DNA from: Octopus sinensis
Taxonomy: Eukaryota
Direction of reading: 5' to 3'
DNA: 64,000 nt
NCBI RefSeq assembly: GCF_006345805.1
Contig: NC_043001.1
Span: 2,914,001 to 2,978,000, forward strand
Shown: piece by piece, positions 40,329-53,599 of the stretch
Layout of the letters: each line of letters starts with the position of its first letter
How positions within the stretch are numbered: position 1 is the stretch's first letter
The notes under the pieces: model-generated
The model's input: the letters and a program-made list of their open reading frames with translations, nothing else
Databases searched by the model: none
Told to the model about the DNA's origin: nothing
Made by a program: the position numbers and the translations under genes

Positions 40329-40553
40329 GTATATATAAACATATAATATATAAATATATGTTTATATATGCATATATATATACATATATATATAAATATA
40401 TACAATATATACATATATATATACATATATGCATACATACATACATACACACACATACACACTCTCACACACACACACATACACATATATATGAATGATA
40501 TATGTATATATATCATATACAATATATATATGCTGATACACACACACAAACAC

Positions 40554-40592
<39 letters not shown>

Positions 40593-40670
40593 CATACATG
40601 CATATATATATACACATACATATACATATGTACATACATACACACATATATATATATATATATATATTCA
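39851..40670. repeat. Tandem duplication (about 410 bp period) of a compound TA/CA microsatellite
   Basis: ataaaacatatttgtgtatatataaat...gaatgatatatgtatata...gctgatacacacacacaaac occurs twice. Confidence 0.8.
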
Positions 40671-41180
40671 ACTTTTCATTAGTGCATATTTGAAATTCAT
40701 ACATAAATGGCTAATTTCTGTCGGAATATTTGCCAAACAAAATTAAAATAAATAAATTCACTTTCTGACTGGAAGGAATGATTTGCATTCTTCTATATAA
40801 AAGTATCTTTTTGAAATACCTTGTTATTGTTGTTATTGTTGTGAGTTTTGTTAGGAAATTATTACTATTTTTATTTTATTTTAATATTCTAATCTCCTCC
40901 TCCCCTCCCCAATGTTTCATTCAAGAAAGAGATTCTGATCTACAATTGTTTATCCCTAGAGACATTGAAGAATATTGAATGGAAGCTGAGTTTACAGAAT
41001 CCCTTCCACAAAGATGCTGCTTGACCATATAAACGGACGGAAACAGTGACGACGAAGAAGGATTATTCCAAGAATCAGGCATCTTCTGGTTTGTTTGCTG
41101 ATAATGGGATGTTGGGTGAGCTAATAATAATAATAACAATAATAATAATAATAACTGATAATATAATAATAATAATAATA

Positions 41181-41219
<39 letters not shown>

Positions 41220-41272
41220 TAATAACAACTGATAATAATAATTAATAATAATAATAATAACTGATAATAATA

Positions 41273-41318
<46 letters not shown>

Positions 41319-42629
41319 TGATAATGCTAATAATACAAACAGTAACATGAGCAACAGAAACAACAGCATTGACAACAACGACAACAACAACGTGATAAAA
41401 GTTACGGAAGGTTCTTTCCGTAGAGATACTTTGAATGTTAAAACAACTCTCTCTCTCTCTCTCCCCCTCTATCTCTCCCTCTCTCTCTCCCCCCTCTCTC
41501 TCTTTCTCCTCTGTGATTGCAATATTTTTATTGTTTAATAATAATATATTCCACAAATTGAAACGGTATATTTATAGTTTGTCCTCACCATCATCATCAT
41601 CATTATCATCATTATTGTCAATGTGATCACTAGTGCTATTGTTACTATCACCACCGCCACCACCATGACCACAACCACCTTCGCTACAACCACCACCACC
41701 ACCACCACAGCCACTACCTCCACCACCAATGCCAACATCACCCTTCCTCTTCCTTCTCTCCCTTATCATTTTCTAAAGCAGCCAACTACTGCTTGTGCTC
41801 CTTTAAATGCCCCCTTACTCAAATATCGCCCGAGCCTGTATTCTTTAATGAAACCTGTTGGACCAGGATTTCATTTGTTTCTCTCCTCTTCTTCATCATT
41901 CTTTGACAGTCTTGGAGAATTGATGAGGCCATGTAATACTCAGATAAACATGAATGAAACAAAATGTGATACGTTTAAAATCTGGTGCAATTCTTACCTG
42001 CAACTGGTCTCATGTGACCCTTTACCCCCAGTCTCAGGATCATGTCATCAGGGACCTCTTCCCCCATCCAAGTTTACCAGCTTACTGGCAGGAATGAGGG
42101 CCTATATGCACTTAACTGAATTTAAAATCAAACTTTGTCCAAGAAAGACCCTCTCACAGAGAAACTGATGCCTCAATACATCGGAAGAGGGAATAAATGC
42201 TGTCAGATTAACTGCTTAACAAAACATTAATTGCTATTTTATCATAAAGCATCATTAATTATGTTCATAAACTTTGGATTGTGTAATTTACTTTTAATAT
42301 CAGAATCTCAGTCTGTAGAATACGCTTCAACTTTTTCCACCCAAGAATTTTTAAAGTCCATACTCTACATGGTGTTCTCTATAGTTCTATCTATTTTGAG
42401 TACTACCACAAAAATGGTTTATTTCATGTATGTATGTATATATACACATATATACACAAATATATATTCACATATATATGCACACAAACACAAACACACA
42501 TGCACACACACAAGCATAAACACGTGTATATTCTTTTATTTGCTTCAGTCATTTGACTGTGGTCATGCTGGCCACCTTTTTGTTGAAGAAATTGACTCCA
42601 GGACTTAGTCTTTGTAAGCCTAGTAATTA

Positions 42630-43720
42630 TCATTTCCTTATTAAATTTTCTTTGGTCTGGGGTATTGTCTGTACATTGATAGAGTGGGAAGACACGAAAT
42701 TTGGGAGATTTTGTTTTCAAGTGTCCAAATGTTCATTAATTGAAATTTGTCTAGTTTTGGGAACTCACATTTGTTGATGATGAATATTTAATCTCATTCT
42801 TAAAGTAATTCTTGTTTGTCCAATGTAGTCTTCCCTGCACCTATTGCAGTTGACGGCATAAACTAAATTTTTAGAGGCAACAAGTAAAATGGTTTTTCAC
42901 AAAAAAATCTTGTCCTGGTTTGAATTTATAAGTTGTGTCCTTAATAAGGTTTTCACAAGTCCCACACTTGGATTAGCCACACTTTTTAACCGTTGGAGTT
43001 GAATCCATGTTTTTGTGCTTTTAAGAAGTCTTGTTTTTGTTTTTTTACTTTGGGTGCCTTTTTGCATTTGATTATTTTGTATGATTCAAATGTCTTTTGC
43101 ATTTTTGGGTCTTAGCTCAATAAATGTATGTTCTGGTGGATAATGCTGAAGGTCTCTATACTTCTTGGGTTGCGTGTTGTAATTAAAGATAGAGTTTTGG
43201 ATGTACCTGAACATTTTGGCTTTTCTTAATTCTTCGATGCCTATTGCTTCAGCATTTTCTCTTCCATTGTCTATTAGAAGAGATGGATATATCCTCTCAA
43301 GAAGAACCTGTTTTAATTCAAGGAGTCTTTTATTCTGAACATCGGGATTGGAGACAATTGTTCAGATTTTTCAAGCTTTGGTATGAGTAAATGGAATATT
43401 GCTTTATAGTATGTTTTGGGTGGCGTAAAGAAAATAGTAGGTGCTGTTTAGTGTCTGTTGGCTTGTTGCAGATCTTGATTTCTATGTTCAAGTCCTTCTT
43501 AACAATCAAAATGTCTAAGTGGGTACTTCTTTCTGACAAAATTTTATGGTGAATTGAATACTGTTCTTGATGCTATTGAGTAAGAATTTGAAATCATTGA
43601 GTCCATCTAGGTTTTATGTTGGCAGAATAAGGCAGTCATCTAAGTATCATTTCCAATTTTTCATCAGAAAATTCTGGAATTTGCTACCATAATATGCTTT
43701 AGCTTGAACATATATTTGGA
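42630..43720 (-). pseudogene. Decayed Penelope-like element with RT and C-terminal GIY-YIG
   Basis: YLDDC at 43632-43646; HLDILI...NKPTDTKQHLLF..RHPKH (PLE RT end); SKNLVYAVNCNRCREDYIGQTRITLRMRLNIH (GIY-YIG); stops and frameshifts. Confidence 0.8.
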
Positions 43721-44104
43721 CAACTAAATTGGTGTGTATTTTGAAAATGTTTGTGCCGTCTAGAATTCCAGATATTTGCTGGTAGCTCAAAAACAGAACT
43801 CAATACAAGAAAAGAGTAGAGTGAATGAGATTTATATAAATAAATGTTTGATATTTTGAGGAAACTGCATAAGCTATGAAGCAATTGTGCGACTGTCAGG
43901 TGCAAGAATGAATTTGTTTTATGATGCAATGACGTCACTCACAGCTCAAAATAAAATATGCATTTATTCAAGTCTAAGTGGAGCAATTACACCTGAGACT
44001 GTTCCTGCAGTGAAAACTGTTATCACATCTAACTGCATTTGAATATGTTGGGCATGTCATTACACATGAATATATAAGTATACATACACATACATATATA
44101 TTTA

Positions 44105-44155
<51 letters not shown>

Positions 44156-45611
44156 AGAGAGTTAGAGGTTGTGAATCCAACCAACTAAGGGATAGTATCT
44201 ATCCAATATACTGTTGGTACATACCCAATTATAAATGCACAAGTGTTGGTTATTGCATGGCAATTACACTGCAGAACCATGTGGTTGAGAAATAAGCTTC
44301 TTACCACACAGCTACATCTGCACATATAATGAAAGCTTCAATACAATCTCCATTTACCAAATTCCACTGCAAAAGTAATGATCTTTCCAGAATGAGAATT
44401 AAAAAAATACTTGCCTAAAGAAGGTGGTGTGTAGTGGAATTGAACCTAAACCCCCATAACTTTAAAGCTACTTTCTTAACTGCACGTCCCTGTCTGCAAA
44501 GCTTCTTAAAGAACACTGCAACACTTTCACATTAATGCAGAGCGAATGTCCCACCCCCATCACACACCAAATATCATGCCATTAATTAATAATCAACAGA
44601 ATACTTCAGATATGTCCATAATACTAAGATGATGCAAGAACTACTGGCCAGATTCTTCAGACACTTCGCATAAATCAATAAAAAACATGGGATCTTGCAC
44701 CATTCCAATCCACCTCTTTCCTTCCTCTCTCTCTCTCTCTCTTGACAAATTAATTTAAAAAAGAAAAATCATTGTAACTTGGAGATTAAATGAAATCAAA
44801 TCAAATTATGCTGATATAGGATATTAGAGGGACAAAAATCAATTCGTTTCCACTAATTACAAGGCCAATTTCTTCATTAAAAGGATGGCATAATCTATTG
44901 AATTATCATCTTGTTAAACCGACAGTTTGTTTTATCAACTCTGATGGATAAAAACGTAAAATTAACCTCATCTGGGTTTGAAACTACAACAAAAACAAGA
45001 AACAGCAGGGAATCTAAAAGTGCCAATTCTTCGTTGTGTTGTAGTCAAGGATTTATTGCTAAAGTTCAATGGTGTGTGTCACTTGACAAATTACAGTCAA
45101 TTGGCATTTCATTGAGTTATTAAAGATAAAGTAAATTAAGGGAATCTCAATATGGTCACTGAAATTGCTAGAAAAAGGAACAAAAACTTCCTTAAAATCA
45201 TAGTATTATTTTTTTAGCTTTTAGTTTGAAGAGAAGTCAGACCCTTTTACAGGTGTCACAAGAGTATGTTTACGTGTTGTTGTTGTTGTTGCTGTTGCTG
45301 CACTTATGGTAATAGCTGTTGTTGTTGGGTTGGGGAATGAAAAAGTGTTTCTTGGTTTGAATGAAAAAGTAACTGACAACTTTCATGAACGATTAACAGA
45401 TTTTATTAGTGCAAAAAACTGTTTAGACTTTGTTGGTCTTTTACAAATAATAACAGCAATAATTATATGCTAAACGGTACAAAAAACCAATGGTAACTCT
45501 CTGACTGGCCATAACAAACAAGCTTCTGAGTACGTGTGTGTGTGTATCATTTGTAGAAATACAGAAATTCGGAGGAGAAACACATTCTAAGATGTAGAGC
45601 AGTTAATATTA

Positions 45612-46512
45612 TAGAGGGGGGAGACCGGTTTATGGGGTTACCCTGGGTTTCTTGCTCATAAGGGTTTAGCCTTATGGCATATCTTCAGACCCCAAACATT
45701 GCTGGCCTGGGACCGCTTCAAAATATCAGCAATAGCTGGTTTTATCGATATAGAAAACAAGTCGGTTTGCATAGTGCAAAGGTGAAAGAAGAATTGTGAG
45801 TGTTGATACTGAAGCAACAAATGTATACTCTAAAGAATTTGAAAAAATAACAAAATGAATGTTACACACCTTCCAAAACTTTTAATGCAGGCAAAACAAA
45901 ATTATTTTAGAAATGCATGGCAGCAAGAGGTTAAATTGCAATAGAGGAATGATCTATGTGAGGTTTTATATTCGTTAAAGTTCAGTTAAGTTTATTATTT
46001 GGAGGTAACGATACTGGACACTTGGAGTTAAGAACCATAACGAAAATCCAAGAACACGTAAAGTTCCTCATAAATGCTACAAGTTTCAGGCATATTGAAT
46101 GCAAATAAAACACTATCTGAGCATGGCCGTTCGCCAGCCTCGTCTGGCACCTGTGTCGGTGGCACATAAAAAACACCATCCGAGCATGGCTGTTCGCCAG
46201 CCTCGTCTGGCACCTTTGTCGGTGGCACTTAAAAAGCACCCACTACACTCACGGAGTGGTTGGCGTTAGGAAGGGCATCCAGCTGTAGAAACACTGCCAG
46301 ATCTGACTGGCCTGGTGCAGCCTTCTGGCTTCCCAGACCCCGGTCGAACCATCCAACCCATGCTAGCATGGAAAGCGGACGTTAAACGATGATGATGATG
46401 ATTTACAGAGGTCTCAGGCCAGCAGTGTTTGAAGTCTGAAGATATGCCATAAGGCCAACCCCTCATGAGAGAGAAACCCAAGGCAACCCCATAAACCAGT
46501 CTAACCCACTAT
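45612..46512. mobile_element. MITE-like element with diverged TIRs of about 95 bp, containing a family A SINE (about 46100-46400)
   Basis: agaccggtttatggggttaccctggg...gctggcctgggacc versus ggtctcaggccagc...ccccataaaccagtct. Confidence 0.65.
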
Positions 46513-46544
46513 ATATATATATGTGTGTGTCGTATGTAATGTTC

Positions 46545-47118
46545 TGGGTGGCATTGGCACTTCAAAAGCAAAAGAACATCCCTGGAAGATGATGAGGCAA
46601 TCTGGAAGTCGTGCCATGAGTGTCATCCCCAGAAATGTGGTATTGTGCATAGCGAATCCATCGTCCAGGGTCAGACCATCGACTGAAAGTTCTACTGTGA
46701 TGTTTTGAAGAATTTGAGGAAGGATATTTATCGAAAGCATTTGAGCGAGAATATTTATCGAATATTTATCTTCGGGGCATGGAAAATTAGATTCTTCATA
46801 GAACTTTCCTCACTTGTTTCTTACCAAAAGCAATATGGCATTGCTTCTGTACCCAGCCTATTCATCAGATTTAGCATCTGTGGACTTCCATCTCTTCTAC
46901 AAGAGGAAAATATATATCAAAGGTTGCTGTTTTAACATTATTTTCGAGATGCTGAGAGAATTGCAGAAGATTCTCGACTTCCTTATAGAAAATTACTTCC
47001 AGACTGGATTCCAAAGATGGCAGGAACTCTGGGACTGGTGTATTGTTGCACCAGGTGACTATTTCGAGGGAGATGATGTTCAAACTTAGGTAATTGGGTT
47101 ATTTTCTACTAAACATAA
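46545..47118 (+). pseudogene. Mariner transposase remnant (copy 1, right TIR cut by the duplication junction)
   Basis: GIVHSESIVQGQTID*KFYCDVLKNLR and YPAYSSDLASVDFHLF...FQRWQELWDWCIVAPGDYFEG (YSPDL motif). Confidence 0.85.
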
Positions 47119-48284
47119 TTACACTGCAGAACCATGTGGTTGAGAAATAAGCTTCTTACCACACAGCTACATCTGCACATATAATGAAAGCTTCAATACA
47201 ATCTCCATTTACCAAATTCCACTGCAAAAGTAATGATCTTTCCAGAATGAGAATTAAAAAAATACTTGCCTAAAGAAGGTGGTGTGTAGTGGAATTGAAC
47301 CTAAACCCCATAACTTTAAAGCTACTTTCTTAACTGCACGTCCCTGTCTGCAAAGCTTCTTAAGAACACTGCAACACTTTCACATTAATGCAGAGCGAAT
47401 GTCCCACCCCCATCACACACCAATATCATGCCATTAATTAATAATCAACAGAATACTTCAGATATGTCCATAATACTAAGATGATGCAAGAACTACTGGC
47501 CAGATTCTTCAGACACTTCGCATAAATCAATAAAAAACATGGGATCTTGCACCATTCCAACCCACCTCTTTCCTTCCTCTCTCTCTCTCTCTCTTGACAA
47601 ATTAATTTAAAAAAGAAAAATCATTGTAACTTGGAGATTAAATGAAATCAAATCAAATTATGCTGATATAGGATATTAGAGGGAATGATCTATGTGAGGT
47701 TTTATATTCGTTAAAGTTCAGTTAAGTTTATTATTTGGAGGTAACGATACTGGACACTTGGAGTTAAGAACCATAACGAAAATCCAAGAACACGTAAAGT
47801 TCCTCATAAATGCTACAAGTTTCAGGCATATTGAATGCAAATAAAACACTATCTGAGCATGGCCGTTCGCCAGCCTCGTCTGGCACCTGTGTCGGTGGCA
47901 CATAAAAAACACCATCCGAGCATGGCTGTTCGCCAGCCTCGTCTGGCACCTTTGTCGGTGGCACTTAAAAAGCACCCACTACACTCACGGAGTGGTTGGC
48001 GTTAGGAAGGGCATCCAGCTGTAGAAACACTGCCAGATCTGACTGGCCTGGTGCAGCCTTCGGGCTTCCCAGACCCCAGTTGAACCGTCCAACCCATGCT
48101 AGCATGGAAAGCGGACGTTAAACGATGATGATGATGATTTACAGAGGTCTCAGGCCAGCAGTGTTTGAAGTCTGAAGATATGCCATAAGGCCAAACCCCT
48201 CATGAGAGAGAAACCCAAGGCAACCCCATAAACCAGTCTAACCCACTATAATATATATATGTGTGTGTCGTATGTAATGTTCTG

Positions 48285-48886
48285 GGTGGCATTGGCACTT
48301 CAAAAGCAAAAGAACATCCCTGGAAGATGATGAGCAATCTGGAAGTCGTGCCATGAGTGTCATCCCCAGAAATGTGGTATTGTGCATAGCGAATCCATCG
48401 TCCAGGGTCAGACCATCGACTGAAAGTTCTACTGTGATGTTTTGAAGAATTTGAGGAAGGATATTTATCGAAAGCATTTGAGCGAGAATATTTATCGAAT
48501 ATTTATCTTCGGGGCATGGAAAATTAGATTCTTCATAGAACTTTCCTCACTTGTTTCTTACCAAAAGCAATATGGCATTGCTTCTGTACCCAGCCTATTC
48601 ATCAGATTTAGCATCTGTGGACTTCCATCTCTTCTACAAGAGGAAAATATATATCAAAGGTTGCTGTTTTAACATTATTTTCGAGATGCTGAGAGAATTG
48701 CAGAAGATTCTCGACTTCCTTATAGAAAATTACTTCCAGACTGGATTCCAAAGATGGCAGGAACTCTGGGACTGGTGTATTGTTGCACCAGGTGACTATT
48801 TCGAGGGAGATGATGTTCAAACTTAGGTAATTGGGTTATTTTCTACTAAACATAATTAGTTCAGAAATCTTTTGATACCACCTCAT
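48285..48886 (+). pseudogene. Mariner transposase remnant (copy 2) with right TIR 48856-48886
   Basis: Same translation as copy 1; ends ttagttcagaaatcttttgataccacctcat. Confidence 0.85.
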
Positions 48887-49337
48887 GCAAACAACAGGAA
48901 TTCTCTTAACTCAAAAAGTCTTGCTAGTAACCAGCCTGAATTTTCTCAAAGACATTAAATGTGTGTGGTGCATGGGTGTGAGATACTTGTATGTGAGTAG
49001 AGAGACAGTTGTACTATATATATATAGAAATGTCATAAGCAGCTTGCCTATTTAACCATTAAACTGCACATAGTTTTCAATCTGGAAAAATTGGGAAAAC
49101 TTATGGAATAATTGCATAAAACTTTAAGGGCTGAAATCAGTGAAAAATATGACCCTTTTGTATACTGAAAAAATCTCTGCCTTTAGCTGCAAATCTGAAA
49201 AAAAGGTAGATACTAAAACCTTTTTCTATAAAAAAAAGATTTGAAGCAACAAGTGACTCCTTAATTTTCCTTGTTCCTTCTCTTTATGCTTTTGTTATAT
49301 CCATTTATATAAATTGCATTTATTAAACTCACCTTAA

Positions 49338-49557
49338 CCCTTTCATTACCATAATTATTTTGAGATGCTCTGTTTTTTAAAATTAATTTTAAATATAACA
49401 AAGAATTTAGTAAAATAACTTAGTTATCATTAAGCTAATGTTTGGAGCATTAATTGTGACTAAGGTTTGGTGGAAGATTTTAAATCAAATCTTATGAAAA
49501 CAAGACATGTGTACGACAGAGCCAGAGATGGTTTCAGCCGGGTTGGTATCAAAAGGG
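49338..49557. mobile_element. piggyBac-type MITE
   Basis: TTAA|CCCTTTCATTACC...GGTATCAAAAGGG|TTAA. Confidence 0.8.
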
Positions 49558-50549
49558 TTAAGAATACGGAAACCAGTATAATTTCAGTTGAACTTTGAGC
49601 ATTCATTCTGTGAAAGCATATCTATATATCTTTATTTTTCGTATATTTAACACAGAATAGAATTATTCTCCACTTGAATTAAAAAGTTAAACTTGTTTTA
49701 ATTACATAATACACACACACATACATATATATTCTTACTCACACACACAAATAAATATATGTACTTATACACCAAATCTGGAATGTTAGTGAGTGGAAGG
49801 CAATCAATCGTAAGTCTCCTCAATCAGAACTGACTTGTGACTGATCAACAACGTCCCCACACAATGTGATCTTCATATCCCTCCCCCTAACCCACCTACA
49901 TCCCACATTCTTGGATGGGGCAGTAGTAGCAGCAATCTATGGAACTCCTGCCTGAATTCCTTCCTGATGTAAATATCGGAAACTATTTCACCAAATTTAA
50001 AAGCAGATCATGTTCTTCTGTAAATAAAACACTCCAAAACTTCTAAATACAAACACCTTTAATTTCAAAATTTCACTTTACAACAGGTGCGTCATTGACT
50101 TTAATTCAATAAATATATTTTTGAGCTTTTCTTTTACTTTTTGGGGGGAGTTCCTTATCGACTGATTTCTTCTATTCCTCTGTGTTAAAATGGCTGAAAT
50201 GGTTTTCAAAATTTTCGAATTTTGTGTTTTCCTTTTTTGAATAGAAATCTTTTATAGTTGAATGCTTCTTTTTCAATAGAGAACCATTCTGTAGAGGGGG
50301 AGAAAAAAGTAGTGCTTAGAATTACTTAGACAAACTGCAGCAAGAAATGACATTTGCTTTCAGAAGAGTTTATTTACAATGTATATAAATGAAAGCAAAG
50401 TCGTTAAAAGAAATGCAGAAATTAAACACGTACCACAGACATTCTAAAACATACATTTTGTCTTGTTATAAAATAGATTAACCTAAGCCTCGTGTAACAA
50501 AGTTACTGCAAACTTCAGAATTTCTTCATGGTGGCCTCTATCTGCTTAC

Positions 50550-50674
50550 GGGTGAGAATAGACTTCATGTGTTGTCAGGTTCGACACCACAGTAGGGTCC
50601 TTTGCAACTTCTAACAAACTCCATGCTGATGCTATGTGGCTTTGTCCTTCATATAATGGTTCAGTCTCATATAA
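50550..50674 (-). CDS. Candidate internal exon of an unidentified host gene
   Basis: ctaacttcag| LYETEPLYEGQSHIASAWSLLEVAKDPTVVSNLTTHEVYSH |gtaagc; open frame with canonical splice sites only. Confidence 0.35.
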
Positions 50675-50835
50675 CTGAAGTTAGCTGCTGTTTCCAAAGC
50701 AATTTCACAAAACAAGCTGTGTTTCGGAAAGTGGATGTGAAAAACAATGATGTGGAATTCTAACGATGCAGTAATTAGTCTAGACACAGATCAAATCTAT
50801 TGAATGATTACGTATTTTTCAATATTGTTGCTGTT

Positions 50836-51111
50836 TATTATTTACCTTATTTACATTTGACGGATATTTGTCCTCGTCTTGTTTGTTGTTAATACGTTTT
50901 CGTTGATGTACCCTCCAACCTTCATCAGGTGTCTTGGGGAAATTTGAAACCTGGGTTCTCATTCCTAAGGTATTTTTCAATGCTATTATTATTGTTGTTG
51001 TTGTTGTCGTCATTGTCGTTGTTGTTGTTGTTGTTGTTGTTATTATTCAGTTCACTGCCTGGAATTGAACTCGGAATCTTGGGGTTAGTAGCCTGAATAA
51101 TAATAATAATA

Positions 51112-51155
<44 letters not shown>

Positions 51156-51327
51156 TTGAAAAATACGTTGGGAATGGGAACCCAGGTTTGAAATTTCCCC
51201 AAGACACCTGATGAAGGCTGGAGGGTATATCAGCCGAAACGGTGTGTTAACGACAAACAAGATGAGAACAAATATCTGTCAGATGTAAATAATGTAAATA
51301 ATTCCTCATCTCTTAAATATGGAACTG
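50836..51327. mobile_element. Second head-to-head inverted pair of the hammerhead SINE, centre deleted
   Basis: Minus copy with half a tRNA head (to ggggttagtagcctg) fused to a headless plus copy; HHR remnants 50891-50933 (-) and 51203-51248 (+, GGU in place of GUU). Confidence 0.8.
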
Positions 51328-51419
51328 TATAAGTCCTGGGGTCGATTTGTTCAACTAAAGGCTGTGCTCCAGCATAGTTGCAGTCAAATGACTGAAACAA
51401 GTAAAAGAATAAAAGAAAG

Positions 51420-51650
51420 TATTCCTTTCTACTAAAGGTACAAGGCCTGAAATTTTTGGTGGCAGTGTGGGTAAGTCAATTACATCAACCCCAGTATTTG
51501 TGTTTCTCTGGTACTTAATTTATCGACCCCGAAAGGCTGAAAGGCAAAGTCAACCCTGGCAGAATTTGAACTCAGAATGTAAAGACAGATGAAATACTGC
51601 TAAGCATTTTGCCCAGCATGCTAACGATTCTACCAGCTTGCCACCTTGAG
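51420..51650 (-). mobile_element. SINE family B
   Basis: tatcgaccccgaaaggctgaaaggcaaagtcaacc...tttgaactcagaatgt...ccagcttgccacc. Confidence 0.75.
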
Positions 51651-52164
51651 AATGGTTAAAATATTGCTGAGCATTTCGTCAGGGATGCTAACGATTCTGA
51701 GAGCTCCCTGCTTGAAGTTGATTTGAAATAATCAAGTGCAGAATATTATTGTAAGGCTAGAATTTATACAATTCTTTAGAAACGCAAAAGACATGTTTAC
51801 AGGATTTATTTAATTTACCAAAACTTTTAATAATTTTTTTTATTCCAGAGATATTCCAGTTATGTATCAAATTTGGTATTTTTCATTTAAAATGAAGATA
51901 ATAAAAAAAACTAAAGAAGTTTCTACTTGGAGAAGAAAATAAAAGTAAATTATAAATGTCAATATTTTTGTCTCAATATTTCTCGATGAAGGAAAAAATT
52001 TTAGAAAACTGATGAATTTTATATGAAAGGTTTTTTAGGGAATAAAACTTTTCACTCTCACCCCCATCACAATGTCTTCCTTTTCTTTTTGGTGTTTCTT
52101 TCTCTCTCTCTCTTTATCCTGCTCTTTTACTTTCTCTCTCTCTCTCTCCCTCATATTATATATA

Positions 52165-52248
<84 letters not shown>

Positions 52249-52252
52249 TATA

Positions 52253-52303
<51 letters not shown>

Positions 52304-52324
52304 ATATATATATATGTGTATATA

Positions 52325-52365
<41 letters not shown>

Positions 52366-52378
52366 ATATATATATATG

Positions 52379-52409
<31 letters not shown>

Positions 52410-53059
52410 GTATCATCATCATCATCGTGTGTGTGTATATATATATAGCTCTGTGTGTGTGGTGTGTGTGTGCATATATATACAGATACATATGCACACA
52501 CATACACATCCACACACATGAATTTTTATGTAAATATATATATATTTACATTGTTTACTTGTATTTGAATATGCAGACCAAAAGTTTACAAAGAGAGAAG
52601 TACTCAATACTGAAGTGGAGTGTCAATATTTATCGTAGTGCTGCTCACCCTTTTCTGAATATCACTCCTTATGTAAACGGGGAGATGGTCTGGCATATTA
52701 CAAGGAATAAAATAATTGGTAGGAAATATCATAGCCATAGACATCCAAGTTATAAGCCCCAGCTCCAGCACTTGGAAGTACAAATTAAATTAAGTAAAAA
52801 TGTAAGACAAAAAACTTGGAAGTTACTGACAACAACCTGAAATTATCATCTCAGAGATAATATGGATGGAATATACCTAATCTCCCTCACACAGGGGCAA
52901 TAGGAGCAGATGGAATTGGAAAATTACTAGAAGGGATAAGCAACAAGGTTGGACTAAGAAAATAATTATATTCTTAATAAAAGGGAAAAGGATTAACATA
53001 ATAGACCAGGAGATAGTAAAGCAATGAGTTATGTGGATGTTATAATATTCTGTACTGTG

Positions 53060-53280
53060 ACGGTGGTGAGCTGGCAGAAACATTAACATGCTGAGCGAAA
53101 TGCTTAGCGGTATTTCGTCTGTCTTTACATTCTGAGTCCAAATTCTGCTGAGGTCGACTTTGCCTTCATCCTTTTGAGGTCAATAAATTATGTACCAGTC
53201 GTGTACTGGGGTCGATTTAATCGACTGGACCCCTCCCCCAAAATTATGGTCCTTGTGCCTAGAGTAGAAAAGAATATTCT
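53060..53280 (+). mobile_element. SINE family B
   Basis: ggtgagctggcagaaacattaac...gaggtcgactttgcc...gtactggggtcgat. Confidence 0.8.
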
Positions 53281-53599
53281 GTACTGTGTCACATCATCAT
53301 CACCATCACTACCACCACCACAAGCAGCATCACCACCACCACCACCATCACACTCATCCTCATCATGGTAACCAGCTCCCTCGACGCTACACACAAACTT
53401 CCCACCTAAGACTCATTTAATTAATTTGCAGTAAATTGCAACACTGTAACTAGTAAGAATTCTGAGACAGATTCTTGAGATTTGAAGAGACTTTTTATCA
53501 CCAAGCCTCAAGACAGTATGACTATTGTCTAATATATAGCATGTTAACCTTCATCATCATCATCATCATCGTCATCATCAACATCGTCGTCATCGTCGT

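Larger units (their letters stand above)
44262..48858. repeat. Tandem duplication: 44262-47121 and 47117-48858, second copy lacking about 44833-45948
   Basis: Near-identical blocks; junction microhomology AATTA; deletion microhomology TAGAGG(G)A. Confidence 0.9.

Noticed and set aside
41995-42120. Minus-strand exon-like frame (TWMGEEVPDDMILRLGVKGHMRPVA|gtaaga) and a CTGATGA motif
   Set aside because: In-frame stop between acceptor and donor; no GAAA core for an HHR
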